From the NCBI RefSeq assembly GCF_000737315.1, contig NZ_JMCB01000006.1, positions 82,001-144,000 on the forward strand: DNA of 62,000 bases, written 5' to 3'. Positions within the stretch are counted from its first letter, which is position 1. Every line of letters begins with the position of its first letter. The notes below the pieces were generated by a model. The model was not told where the DNA came from, did no database searches, and was given only the letters and a program-made list of their open reading frames with translations. Made by a program: the position numbers and the translations under genes. This document shows, one piece after another, positions 8,638 through 18,245 of the stretch. This DNA is from Hyalangium minutum (GTDB lineage: Bacteria > Myxococcota > Myxococcia > Myxococcales > Myxococcaceae).

Positions 8638-10602
8638 TCATGGCCGGCGCAGGCCACCCGCCACACGCTCCAGCTCGGAGATGAGCTCGCGGTGGCGGGT
8701 GCGCACGGGTTCTCCCTGGGCGCGCAGGGCCAGGGCCAGCGCGAGCGGGAGGTTGAGCGCGGCGTCGCGCGACAGCTTCTCGCGGTAGGCCAGCGGGTAG
8801 TCCGCGGGGGCGCGCAGGGTCCAGTTCTCCTCGTTGACGGTGCCGGGCGCGTTGTAGACGTCGAACAGCCCGAACAGGTCCGAGAAGAAGATCATCACGT
8901 TGCGCGCCCGCGAGGCGAAGAGGTCCGCGAACTTCGCCTGCACGAGCAGCCCTGGTTCCTCCGCGAGCCTCCGCGCGAAGTCCTCCCGGCCCTCGGGCTC
9001 CGGATGCAGGCGCCACGCGAGGTAGTCCGCCTGGGCGCGGTCCGTTCCCTTCTCGCGCCACTGGGTGGCCACGCGCCACAAGGGCGGAGTGTCGTGGGTG
9101 CCCACCATCACCCAGTCCTCCGGGGCCGCGTTCTCGCTCCGGTAGACATCCGCCGGATCCGTCAGGTTGGCCTTCTGGGTGACGCGGAAGCGTCCCAGCC
9201 CGTACTGCGCCAGCACGCGCTGCAGCGGGTAGGGCTGCGTGCTGAGCACCTCGGCCAGCAAGTCGGACAGCTCGCGGCCGTGTCGGCGTGACGAGGTGAC
9301 GATGGTGTCAAAGAGGATGCTGTACTGGCGCACCTGCTCCGGCGTGAGCGAGCGCACCCACCCATCCGCGTACCGGGGCACCGAGCGGTCGAGCTGCTCC
9401 GGCGTGGGGATGGCGTAGCGGGCCAGCTCCGGATGGTCTGGCAAGTCCGGCGAGTCAAAGAGCCGCGCACCCGTCTGCACGGCGCGCAGCGGGTCGGGCG
9501 CTCCGGAGCGGTAGACCCACGGGCACACGAACCCGTGCGGGTGATCGATGCGCAGCCCGTCGTACTCCCCGAGCATCTTGTCCATGCGCGCGTCCATGAA
9601 GCGCAGCACGGGGCCGGGCTTGCGGGCGGCGGAGAGGCCCTCGCGGGGCTCGAAGAAGCGGGTAGGGTCCAGCACCGGGTAGTTCCACGGCTGGCCCTCG
9701 GGGTTGGTGCGGCTGGGCGGCGCTCCCATCAGGTACGTGCGCAGGAAGAGGCCCTGCCAGGACCAGGCATCCTCCAGCGAGAAGCCAATCTGGAGATCTC
9801 CGTAGAGCTTGAGCCCCCAAGCTGAGGCCCGCGCCCGCAGCTCCTGATGTGCGGAGTGCACCAGGAACTGGTGGAAGGCATAGCGTTCGACGAACTCCGC
9901 ATGCCGGGCGAGCACCTCTCTGCAGCGCGCCTCGCACGCCCCTTCTTCACCGGGCAGTGGAGCGAGCAGCCGCGCATCGAGCGCTGAGGCGCCCTGCCCT
10001 GACCATCGGCGCCAGTCCCGCTGCCCGTGCTCGACGCAGAGGGCCTCGAAGAGCGCATCGCGCAGCAGCCAGTCGGCGTGCTCCTTCTTGAAGGTGTCGA
10101 AGCGCTGCGCCAGGTCGCGCAGCAGGGGCCGTGCGTCAGCGCGGGTGCGCTCACCTTGGAAGCGGCTCCAGGCTTCGTCGAGCGCGACGCGCTGGGCGCG
10201 GAAGGCATAGCGGTAGCGCTCTCCGGGTCCTGTGCCCAGCGGCCGAGAGTCCACGATGGAGGCCAACCGCTCCGCGCTCAGCAGCGCGCCGCCCTCCTCA
10301 CTCACGAGCCATGCGAGCGGGACATTGAGGACATTGCGCGAGAAGAGCGTCGAGTCGTAGGGCGAGGCATTGGACTCGGAGGTCTGCCCCTGGGGCCCGA
10401 GCTGGATGCCGGTGAAGCCCAGCTCGCGGATGAACTCCAGGAAGCGCGCGGCGCCTCGGGTGTACGGCGAGCCTCGGCCCGTGTCCTCGATGGGCTCACT
10501 GGGGAAGCTCGGATCGTGGATGCCGAGCACCAGGTTGCGCACATCCAGCGCCACCAACGCCTCAGCGACGAGTCTCCGGTGCTCCTCGGGGATCAGTCCC
10601 AT
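8638..10602 (-). CDS. malQ: 4-alpha-glucanotransferase (GH77, amylomaltase)
   Basis: Motifs IQLGP...SPYDS...FSRN, LYGDLQIG, GAPP...GQPWNYP, GLRIDHPHG, VGTHDTP and YNAPGTVNEENWTLR. Confidence 0.8.
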   Translation of the reverse strand: MGLIPEEHRRLVAEALVALDVRNLVLGIHDPSFPSEPIEDTGRGSPYTRGAARFLEFIRELGFTGIQLGPQGQTSESNASPYDSTLFSRNVLNVPLAWLVSEEGGALLSAERLASIVDSRPLGTGPGERYRYAFRAQRVALDEAWSRFQGERTRADARPLLRDLAQRFDTFKKEHADWLLRDALFEALCVEHGQRDWRRWSGQGASALDARLLAPLPGEEGACEARCREVLARHAEFVERYAFHQFLVHSAHQELRARASAWGLKLYGDLQIGFSLEDAWSWQGLFLRTYLMGAPPSRTNPEGQPWNYPVLDPTRFFEPREGLSAARKPGPVLRFMDARMDKMLGEYDGLRIDHPHGFVCPWVYRSGAPDPLRAVQTGARLFDSPDLPDHPELARYAIPTPEQLDRSVPRYADGWVRSLTPEQVRQYSILFDTIVTSSRRHGRELSDLLAEVLSTQPYPLQRVLAQYGLGRFRVTQKANLTDPADVYRSENAAPEDWVMVGTHDTPPLWRVATQWREKGTDRAQADYLAWRLHPEPEGREDFARRLAEEPGLLVQAKFADLFASRARNVMIFFSDLFGLFDVYNAPGTVNEENWTLRAPADYPLAYREKLSRDAALNLPLALALALRAQGEPVRTRHRELISELERVAGGLRRP

Positions 10603-10760
10603 TCCGCATCTGGATTCTCACAGAACCCTGCCCCCCGTCACCCCCCTTGTCAGGATGGCACACGCACTCCGAAGAGCCTTCGGTCTCGTGTCCTGAAGCC
10701 ATGGAACCTGACCTCCGGTTTGATGTCTGATGCGCCGACGCCGCATCCGCCGGAGTGGGC

Positions 10761-13631
10761 ATGAACCGAAAGTGGGTCGTCGCGCTGGGAGTCGTAGGGC
10801 TCGTGCTCGCTGTCGCCTGGGTCTGGCGCAGCAAGTTGGACGCTCAGGATGCGTCTCCGCCTCGGGAAGCTACCGCCCCACGGCAAGACACCGCGTCCGC
10901 TACAGGGGGCACGAAGCGGCCCGCCACCGGAGACACGGCTCAAGTGGGGGCGCAGGGCTCCGGCCCGAGTGCTGCTTCGGAAGGAGCGACGCCCCCCGTC
11001 GATGAGCCCATGCGTGCGGAGGAAGGCTCCCTGCGCGTCGAGGTCGCCGCCCCCACAGGGCCACAGCCCGGAGCCCGCGTGGCGCTCTATCTCCGAGGCC
11101 CGTACGAGCCCGCCACCGGCCAGCCCTCGTGGCGGCTGGCGGGGAGCGGCCGGACCGACGAACAGGGCGTGGTGGTGCTCCCCGCGCGTCCGGGGCGCTA
11201 CCTCGTCTCTGCCCGAGCCGAAGGCCTTGCCACCGCGAGAGCGGACGTCACCCGGCCTCGCGGAGAGGCCACCACCTCCGTCCGGCTCCTGCTCACCGCG
11301 GGCGCCACCTTGGAGGGCAGCACCGTGGAGAGAACCTCCGGCAGCCCGGTGCCGCTCGCGGAGCTCACGCTCGTTCCTCGCGCCTCGTCCCTCGAAGGCC
11401 GCGCCTCGGCTCCCGAGGAGGAGCGTCACCTTGCCTCCAGCGACGCGCGCGGAAACTTCCGCATCGTGGGACTCGAACCCGGCGAGTACCAGCTGGAGGC
11501 CCGCGCCCCGGGTCACGCGACCAAGCGGCTGTCGCGGGTGCACGTTCCCTCCTCGGGTGTCTCGGTTGAGTTGGAGGCCTCTGCCTTCATCGAAGGCTTC
11601 GTCGAGCTGCCCGATGGCAAGCCTGCCGCACACGCCCGTGTGAGCGCCTTTGGTGCGGACGAGGCCGCCTCGACCGAGACGGGCTCGGGGGGTGGGTTCT
11701 CGCTCGACGTGCCACCCGGGAGCTATCAGGTCACCGCCCGGCAGGGAGACAAGACGGGCTCGGCCCACTCCCGGGTCGTGGTCGGCGCGGGGATGACCCT
11801 CAAGGACGTGCGCATCCGGCTCGGGTCCGCCACGGCCATCGCGGGCGTGGTGCGCCAGAAGGACTCGGGTGCGCCCATCGCCGACGCGGCGATCTCCGTC
11901 ATCCCAAGCGGAGACCGGGGAGACCTCGCTCGCGCCACCGCCGACGCCGGAGGACAGTTCGAGGTGGGAGGGCTCGCTCCGGGTGCCTATGACGTCTCGG
12001 TGCAGGCTCCGGGCTTCAAGACGCTGCGCCGCACCGGTGTCACGGTGCTGGAAGACCAGCGCTTCGAGCTGATCGCCGAGCTGATCGCCAACGGCCGCAT
12101 CGTGGGCACGGTGGTGGACAGCGCGAAGAAGCCCCTCGCGGGCGTGCAAATCATCCCCCAGCGGCGGTGGAGCGCGATGGAGGGCGTGACCGCCACCGTG
12201 ACGGATGCGACAGGCAGCTTCGCTCTCGAGGATCTCCCGCCCGGAGACGTCTACGTCGCGGCGCGCCGCCCTGACAGTGACGAGCACACCCGCGTTCCCG
12301 CCAAGGTCGAGGCCGGGAAGACCACCCAGGTCCAGCTCCAGCTCTCCGACGAGGGTGTGCTGGAAGGGACCGTCCGCCTCGCGGATGGCCGCGTCCCGAC
12401 GAAGCCAGTCTCGGTCTACGCCCACCGGGTCGGAGCCCCCGCCTTCGAGGGCACGGAGGTACCCGCCACCGCAGCGGGCACGTTCTCGCTGCGCCTCGGA
12501 GCAGGCAAGTATCAGCTCAGCGCGTGGCTGGCGGACTCGCGCTGGGTGAACGAGCAGGAGAAGGCCGTCACCGTCAAGGCGGGCCAGACCCAGCGCGTCG
12601 AACTCGAGGTGCGCGAGGGCAAGAAGCCCGTTCAGATCACCGTGCTCGAGCCCAACGGAGCGCCCAGCGTCCGGGCCACGGTCATGGGCAGCGAGGCGGG
12701 CAAGTCGAACATCATTCTCGAGGACCTGACAGACGAGGCTGGACGCACGCTCTTCATGGCGGACTCGATGGGCTCGGATGCGCTGCACCTCTGGGCGACG
12801 AACGGCGGGCGCAGTGGAGATCTGCCCCGAGTCGCCGTGGCGAGCGGCAGCGCGACGATCCAGCTCATTCCGGGTGGGCGGCTGAGCGGCTCGGTGCGGT
12901 CGGCGGGAGGACGGCCCGTCACAGGGTTCGAGCTCGTCATCTCGCCCATCCGCACCGGCGAGGACTACTTCATGCAGCAGCGCTTCGAGTTCACCGGGGA
13001 CACGTTCGTGGTGGAAGACCTGACGCCAGGCCGGACCGCCATCACGGCCACGCTGCCGGACGGCCGCGCGGGAAAGGTGGAGACCCCCCTCACCTCCGGA
13101 GGGACAGTCCAGGCCGACATCGTCGTGGACGCGGGCGGAAGCATCACCGGCCGCTTGATCGACGCGAAGACGGGAGAGCCGATCGCGCAGGCTTTTGTCG
13201 AAGTCGATGGGCTCGTCTCGCCCAACACCGGTCCGGATGGACGGTTCAAGGTGAATGACCTCGCGCCAGGGCCGCACCGCATCACCGCATGGGAGCGGCA
13301 GCACGACATCGTGGACAAGCAGGTGACGCTCGGCGCCGGGAAGACGGTGGACCTGGGTGACTGGCGCATGGGCCCACCGCGCGTGGAACCCGGGCGACTG
13401 GGGCTCACGTTCGGCATGAACGGCGATGACGTCGTCATCAGCTGGATCACCGTGGGTGCGGAGACCGGTGAGCTCCAGGTGGGTGACACGGTGACGGCCA
13501 TTGATGGGGCCACGGTGCTCACCTCGGGCGAGGCCCGGCAGCGTGAGCTGGGGGCTCCCGGCAGTCCGGTGACGCTGTCGATCCGCCGGGATGGCCAGTC
13601 CCGGACGCTCACCCTCACGCGTGCCCGCTGA
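10761..13631 (+). CDS. Membrane-anchored protein with multiple carboxypeptidase-regulatory-like (beta-sandwich) repeats and C-terminal PDZ
   Basis: N-terminal TM segment, repeated G.V.......P...A.V...T...G.F....L.PG.Y.V units, and C-terminal GRLGLTF...LQVGDTVTAIDG...VTLSIRRDG. Confidence 0.8.
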   Translation: MNRKWVVALGVVGLVLAVAWVWRSKLDAQDASPPREATAPRQDTASATGGTKRPATGDTAQVGAQGSGPSAASEGATPPVDEPMRAEEGSLRVEVAAPTGPQPGARVALYLRGPYEPATGQPSWRLAGSGRTDEQGVVVLPARPGRYLVSARAEGLATARADVTRPRGEATTSVRLLLTAGATLEGSTVERTSGSPVPLAELTLVPRASSLEGRASAPEEERHLASSDARGNFRIVGLEPGEYQLEARAPGHATKRLSRVHVPSSGVSVELEASAFIEGFVELPDGKPAAHARVSAFGADEAASTETGSGGGFSLDVPPGSYQVTARQGDKTGSAHSRVVVGAGMTLKDVRIRLGSATAIAGVVRQKDSGAPIADAAISVIPSGDRGDLARATADAGGQFEVGGLAPGAYDVSVQAPGFKTLRRTGVTVLEDQRFELIAELIANGRIVGTVVDSAKKPLAGVQIIPQRRWSAMEGVTATVTDATGSFALEDLPPGDVYVAARRPDSDEHTRVPAKVEAGKTTQVQLQLSDEGVLEGTVRLADGRVPTKPVSVYAHRVGAPAFEGTEVPATAAGTFSLRLGAGKYQLSAWLADSRWVNEQEKAVTVKAGQTQRVELEVREGKKPVQITVLEPNGAPSVRATVMGSEAGKSNIILEDLTDEAGRTLFMADSMGSDALHLWATNGGRSGDLPRVAVASGSATIQLIPGGRLSGSVRSAGGRPVTGFELVISPIRTGEDYFMQQRFEFTGDTFVVEDLTPGRTAITATLPDGRAGKVETPLTSGGTVQADIVVDAGGSITGRLIDAKTGEPIAQAFVEVDGLVSPNTGPDGRFKVNDLAPGPHRITAWERQHDIVDKQVTLGAGKTVDLGDWRMGPPRVEPGRLGLTFGMNGDDVVISWITVGAETGELQVGDTVTAIDGATVLTSGEARQRELGAPGSPVTLSIRRDGQSRTLTLTRAR

Positions 13632-13654
13632 CAGCCGGACAGAGGCGGACCCGC

Positions 13655-16600
13655 TCAGTAGTCCTGACGGGTCTGAGGCATCGGGCGCGGCTCTCCTCCG
13701 CCTCCATGCACCGGGCCGGGCGTGCCACCTCCGAGCCACCGGCGGAACTTCCCGAGCAGCCAGCTCCGCGCGTCCGCCAGGATTTCGTACACGGTGGGGA
13801 TGACCAGCAGCGTGAGCAGCGTGGAGGTGATGACGCCGCCGATGACGGCCCGGCCCAGGGGAGCGCGGAAGTCAGCGCCCTCGCCCCGCCCGAGCGCCAC
13901 CGGCACCATGCCGGCGATCAGCGCGAACGTCGTCATGATGATGGGCCGCAGACGGATGCGCCCGGCCTCAATGAGTGAGTCTCGAAGCGACAGCCCGCGC
14001 CGCTCGTGGGTCCACTTGGCGAAGTCGATGAGCAGGATGGCGTTCTTCGTCACGATGCCCATCAGCAGGATGACGCCAATCAGGCTCATGATGTTCAGCG
14101 TGTCCCCGGTGAGGAGCAGCGCCAGCACCACGCCGATGAGCGACAGCGGCAGCGACACCAGGATGGCCAGCGGATCCAGGAACGAGCCGAACTGCACCAC
14201 GAGGATGAGGTACATCAGCAGCACCGCGATGATGAGCGCGGTGAGCACATTGCTGAAGACCTCGGCTTGGTCCGCCGCCTCGCCGCCCTCCGAGAGCGCG
14301 TAGCCCGCGGGCAGCGGCACCTTTGCCAGCCGCGCCTGGGCATCCTTGAGCACCTCCGAGAGCGAGCGCCCCTGGACGTTCGCCTGGATGTTGATGACCT
14401 TTTCGCGGTTGAGGTGGTTGATCTGCGTGGGGCCGAAGGTCTCGCGGATCTCCGCCACCTGCCCCAGCGGCACCACCACCGGCGGGCGTCCTGGCGCTCC
14501 CGGGAGCGCCAGCGGGAGCCGCGCCAAGTCACTCGGGCTCCGGCGGGCCTCGGGCGCCAAGCGCACCATCACATCCCGCGTCTCTCCGGTGGGATCCACC
14601 CAGTCGCCCGAGTCCAGCCCCGCGAACGCGGGCCGCAGCGACTGGGCCACCTGCCCCACCGTCACGCCGAGCTGACCCGCCAGCCCGCGCCGCAGCTCCA
14701 CCTCCAGCTCCGGCTTCTGTCCCCGGCTGGAGAGCCCCACGTCCACCGCGCCGGGCACCTGCTCCAGCTCGCGCCGGAGCTTCTCGGCCAGCTCGCTCAG
14801 CATGCGCGCATCCGGCCCGCGCAGCTCGAGCTGGATGGCCTTGAACGCGCCGCCAAAGCCACTGGTGAAGACGGACGCCTGAGCCCCCGCCACCCGGCTC
14901 AGCTCCTGGCGCAACGTGTAGCCCAGCGCGTCCGCGCTCACCTGACGCTCATTCTTGGGCTTGAGCCGCACGTACATGAGCGCCTGATCCACGCCCGGCG
15001 AGCGCAGCGGCAACGGCGTGCCGATGGTGGCATACGTATAGACCACCTCCGGGTGCGAGGCCGCGATACGGGCCACCTCTTCCACCTTGCGCCGGGTGTA
15101 CTCGAGGTTCGAGCTGGGCGACGTCTCGACGAAGACCTCCATCTCGCTGTTGTCGCTCATGGGGACGAAGCCCGCGCCGCCGAACATCCCCTGCAGCACG
15201 AGCGCGCCCACGAACGAGCCCACCGCGAGCAGCACCATGGCCAGCCGGTGGTCCAGCGCCCAGGCGATGACACGCTTGTAGTGGTCCGCCTGCCGGTCGA
15301 ACCATTGGTTGAAGCGTGAGAGCGTCCGGGAGATGGGGCCCTTCCGCGCTCCCTTCTCCACCTGGGGATCCGCCCAGTAGGCGGAGAGCATCGGGTCCAG
15401 CGAGAAGCTCACGAAGAGCGACACCAGCACCGCGCACGCGATCGTCAATGCGAACGGTTTGAACCACTGTCCCGTCACCCCGTACATGAAGGCGATGGGC
15501 ACGAACACCGCCACGATGGAGAACGTGGTGGCCGCCACCGCGAGGCCAATCTCATTCGTGCCCTGGCGGGACGCCGCCATGTGGTCCTTCCCCATCTCGA
15601 TGTGGCGCACGATGTTCTCGCGCACCACGATGGCGTCGTCGATCAGGATGCCGATGGCCAGCGACAGGCCCAGCAGCGACATGGTGTTGAGCGTGAAGCC
15701 GAACGCCCACACGCTGATGAAGGACGCCAGCACGCTCACCGGCAGCGCCAGGCCGGTAATCACCGTCGAGCGCCACGAGTTGAGGAAGACGAACACCACC
15801 AGCACCGTGAGCAAGGCGCCCTCCAGGAGCGCCTCCTCGACGTCGGCCACCGAGTCGGCCATGCGCATGCCCGCGTCGCGGACGATCTCCAGCCGCACGC
15901 TCTCGGGGAGCTTGGGCTGGAGCGTCTTCAAGCGCTCGCGGAGCTGCTGCGCCACGTCCGTGGTGCTGTAGCCCTTGGCCTTCAGCACGTCGATGCCTAC
16001 GGCCTGCTTGCCGTTGAAGAGGGCCAGCGTGCGCGGCTCCTCCGTCCCATCCTTCACCTCCGCCACCTGCCCCAGGCGGATGGCCTGTCCTCCTCGCTCG
16101 GCGATGACGACGTCGGTGAAGTCTTCGGGCGTCTCCAGCCGGCCCTTGAGGCGGATGCTCTGCTCCTCCAGCGCCCCGGTGATGCGGCCCACGGGCGCCG
16201 CCAGGTTCTGCGCCTTCAGCGCCTGCACCACCTCCGCCACGCTCAGCCCCGCGGCCTGGAGCGCCCCGGGCTTCAGCTCCACCGTCAGCTCGCGCTCGAT
16301 GCCGCCCACCATCGTCACCTGCGCCACGCCTGGCACCGCGCGCAGCTCCCGTATCACCGTTGGGTCCGCGATGCGCGACAGCGTCGCCGCTGGCAGCGTG
16401 TCCGAGGAGAGCATCAGCGAGAGGATGGGCAGGTCCGACGGGTCGAACCGCGTGAGGATGGGCTCCTCCATCTCCTGCGGGAGATCCGCTCGCCTGCCGG
16501 AGATGGCGTCGCGGATGTCCTGCGAGGCCTGCTGGATGTCTGTCTCGAAGCTGAAGACCACCGCGAAGTGGGCCAGCCCGTCCGAAGCCGCGGAGGTCGT

Positions 16601-16843
16601 CCTGCTGCCATCCACTCCGCTGATGCTGAAGATGGCGTCCTCGACGGGCTCGATGATCTCCCGCTCCACCACATCCGGGGAGGCGCCCGGGTAGACGATG
16701 GTGACGCCGACGACGGGCGGCTTCACGTCGGGGAACTCGTCCGTCTTCAGGTTGACGAGCGCGACGAGCCCGAAGACGACCAGCGCCATCATGCACGTGA
16801 TGGTGACGATGGGGCGCTTGATGGCGAAGTCGGAGATGAACAC
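13655..16843 (-). CDS. RND efflux transporter permease (AcrB/AcrD/AcrF family)
   Basis: 1062 aa; MFISDFAIKRP start, GILIDDAIVVRENI (TM4 DD), VTKNAILLIDF and RLRPIIMTT. Confidence 0.95.
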   Translation of the reverse strand: MFISDFAIKRPIVTITCMMALVVFGLVALVNLKTDEFPDVKPPVVGVTIVYPGASPDVVEREIIEPVEDAIFSISGVDGSRTTSAASDGLAHFAVVFSFETDIQQASQDIRDAISGRRADLPQEMEEPILTRFDPSDLPILSLMLSSDTLPAATLSRIADPTVIRELRAVPGVAQVTMVGGIERELTVELKPGALQAAGLSVAEVVQALKAQNLAAPVGRITGALEEQSIRLKGRLETPEDFTDVVIAERGGQAIRLGQVAEVKDGTEEPRTLALFNGKQAVGIDVLKAKGYSTTDVAQQLRERLKTLQPKLPESVRLEIVRDAGMRMADSVADVEEALLEGALLTVLVVFVFLNSWRSTVITGLALPVSVLASFISVWAFGFTLNTMSLLGLSLAIGILIDDAIVVRENIVRHIEMGKDHMAASRQGTNEIGLAVAATTFSIVAVFVPIAFMYGVTGQWFKPFALTIACAVLVSLFVSFSLDPMLSAYWADPQVEKGARKGPISRTLSRFNQWFDRQADHYKRVIAWALDHRLAMVLLAVGSFVGALVLQGMFGGAGFVPMSDNSEMEVFVETSPSSNLEYTRRKVEEVARIAASHPEVVYTYATIGTPLPLRSPGVDQALMYVRLKPKNERQVSADALGYTLRQELSRVAGAQASVFTSGFGGAFKAIQLELRGPDARMLSELAEKLRRELEQVPGAVDVGLSSRGQKPELEVELRRGLAGQLGVTVGQVAQSLRPAFAGLDSGDWVDPTGETRDVMVRLAPEARRSPSDLARLPLALPGAPGRPPVVVPLGQVAEIRETFGPTQINHLNREKVINIQANVQGRSLSEVLKDAQARLAKVPLPAGYALSEGGEAADQAEVFSNVLTALIIAVLLMYLILVVQFGSFLDPLAILVSLPLSLIGVVLALLLTGDTLNIMSLIGVILLMGIVTKNAILLIDFAKWTHERRGLSLRDSLIEAGRIRLRPIIMTTFALIAGMVPVALGRGEGADFRAPLGRAVIGGVITSTLLTLLVIPTVYEILADARSWLLGKFRRWLGGGTPGPVHGGGGEPRPMPQTRQDY

Positions 16844-16877
16844 GGCGTCTCCTTGCGGAAGGGCGTGAGGGTGCGTG

Positions 16878-18062
16878 TCAGCGGGGCGTCGGGGAGCTCG
16901 GGCCCAGCCCTGGCTGACGCGGGGCCTGTGTCACCTGCACGCGCGTGCCCTCGGCCAGCTCCCTCGCCGAGCCCACCACCACCACGTCTCCCGCTTGGAG
17001 TCCGGAGCGCACCTCGATCTGCTGGGCCACGTCATCCCGGAGGCCCAGGTCCACCGAGGCCCGCTCCAGCTTGCCGTCGCGCACCCGCATCACCGAGGGC
17101 GGCGTGGTGCGCGCATCCACCGCCGCCAGCGGCACGGCCAGCGCCTCCCGCGACTCGGATGCCACGCGCCCTTGCGCGAACAGCCCCACCAGGAGCGACT
17201 GCTCCACGTTGGGAATCGTCACGTAGATGCGCACCTGCCCGGTGGCCGGGTCCACCGCCGGGTTGATGCGCTCGATCTTCCCGGAGAAGGTCTGCTCCGC
17301 GTCGCCCTGCAGACGGAAGTCCACCGGAGTGCCCGCCTTGAGCCTCCCCCCGTACTCCGCGGGCATGAAGGCGTTCAGCTCCAGGCTCCGGGGATCCACC
17401 ACGGTGACGAGCGAAGAGCCGGGCTGCACCACGTCGCCAGCGTTCACCTGGCGCTCGCTCACCACGCCGTCGAAAGGCGCCACGATGCGCGTGCGGCCCA
17501 CCTGCTCGCGGGCCAGCGCCAGCCGGGACTGGGCCTCGGAGAGCTGGGCCTGCGCCTGGTGCCGAGTGAGCTGCGCGCGCTCGAAATCCCGCTGGGTGAT
17601 GACACCCGCCTGGGTGAGCTTCGCGGTGCGCTCCTCCTCGGCCTCGGCGACGCGCACCGTGTTCTCGGCGACCCGCACCGCGGAGCGTGCCGCGATGAGC
17701 TGGTCCTGAAAGGCCACGTCGTCGATGCGCGCCAACAAGGCCCCTCGCTTCACGGGCTGGCCCTGATCCGCGTTCACCTCCAGCACGGGGCCCGCCACCT
17801 CCGCGCGCAAGGTGGCCGCCTGCCGCGCCTGCAGCGAGCCGGAGATGACCGGGCCGCTCTGCAATGTTCGCGGCTCGATGCGGATCACATTCTCCGGACC
17901 CAGTGTGATCGGAGCGGGCTCCGCCTCCATGGGAGCCGCGTCCCCCTTCTGCCCGTTACAGCCGGCAAGGCCGAGCAGCGCCAGGGATCCCAGCACGGCC
18001 CCTGCCCGCCTGCTCGCCCCCACCCACCGCCCTATCCCACTTCTGATGGCCTCTGGCATCAC
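16878..18062 (-). CDS. RND membrane-fusion (periplasmic adaptor) protein, lipoprotein
   Basis: Lipobox LAGC, lipoyl halves VNADQGQPVKRGALLARID and IVAPFDGVV, and INPAVDPATGQV. Confidence 0.9.
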   Translation of the reverse strand: MMPEAIRSGIGRWVGASRRAGAVLGSLALLGLAGCNGQKGDAAPMEAEPAPITLGPENVIRIEPRTLQSGPVISGSLQARQAATLRAEVAGPVLEVNADQGQPVKRGALLARIDDVAFQDQLIAARSAVRVAENTVRVAEAEEERTAKLTQAGVITQRDFERAQLTRHQAQAQLSEAQSRLALAREQVGRTRIVAPFDGVVSERQVNAGDVVQPGSSLVTVVDPRSLELNAFMPAEYGGRLKAGTPVDFRLQGDAEQTFSGKIERINPAVDPATGQVRIYVTIPNVEQSLLVGLFAQGRVASESREALAVPLAAVDARTTPPSVMRVRDGKLERASVDLGLRDDVAQQIEVRSGLQAGDVVVVGSARELAEGTRVQVTQAPRQPGLGPSSPTPR

Positions 18063-18173
18063 CGGTGACCCCCGTCGCCGGCCACTTCACGGCGCGTAGG
18101 AGAGTCAGACCTCCTGATGCAAGGTGCCAGTGGGATCAGACCTCAGGCCCGGCGCCTGCTGGCCTGTGGACGG

Positions 18174-18215
18174 AGCAAAATGGAACAGCCCCCGAGCCAT
18201 GCAGGCCGGGGGCTG
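18174..18215 (-). terminator. Probable terminator after the ADYC gene
   Basis: CAGCCCCC...GGGGGCTG stem followed on the minus strand by TTCCATTTTG. Confidence 0.4.
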
Positions 18216-18245
18216 CCTCACCGCCGAATTCCAGAGGCGCGGCGC

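Noticed and set aside
10650-13739. 1029-aa minus-strand ORF
   Set aside because: Shadow of the CarboxypepD_reg/PDZ gene; no domain signal.
18118-18132. TGGCAC/TTGC on the minus strand upstream of the RND genes as a sigma54 promoter
   Set aside because: Only 1 nt separates the boxes instead of the required 5.
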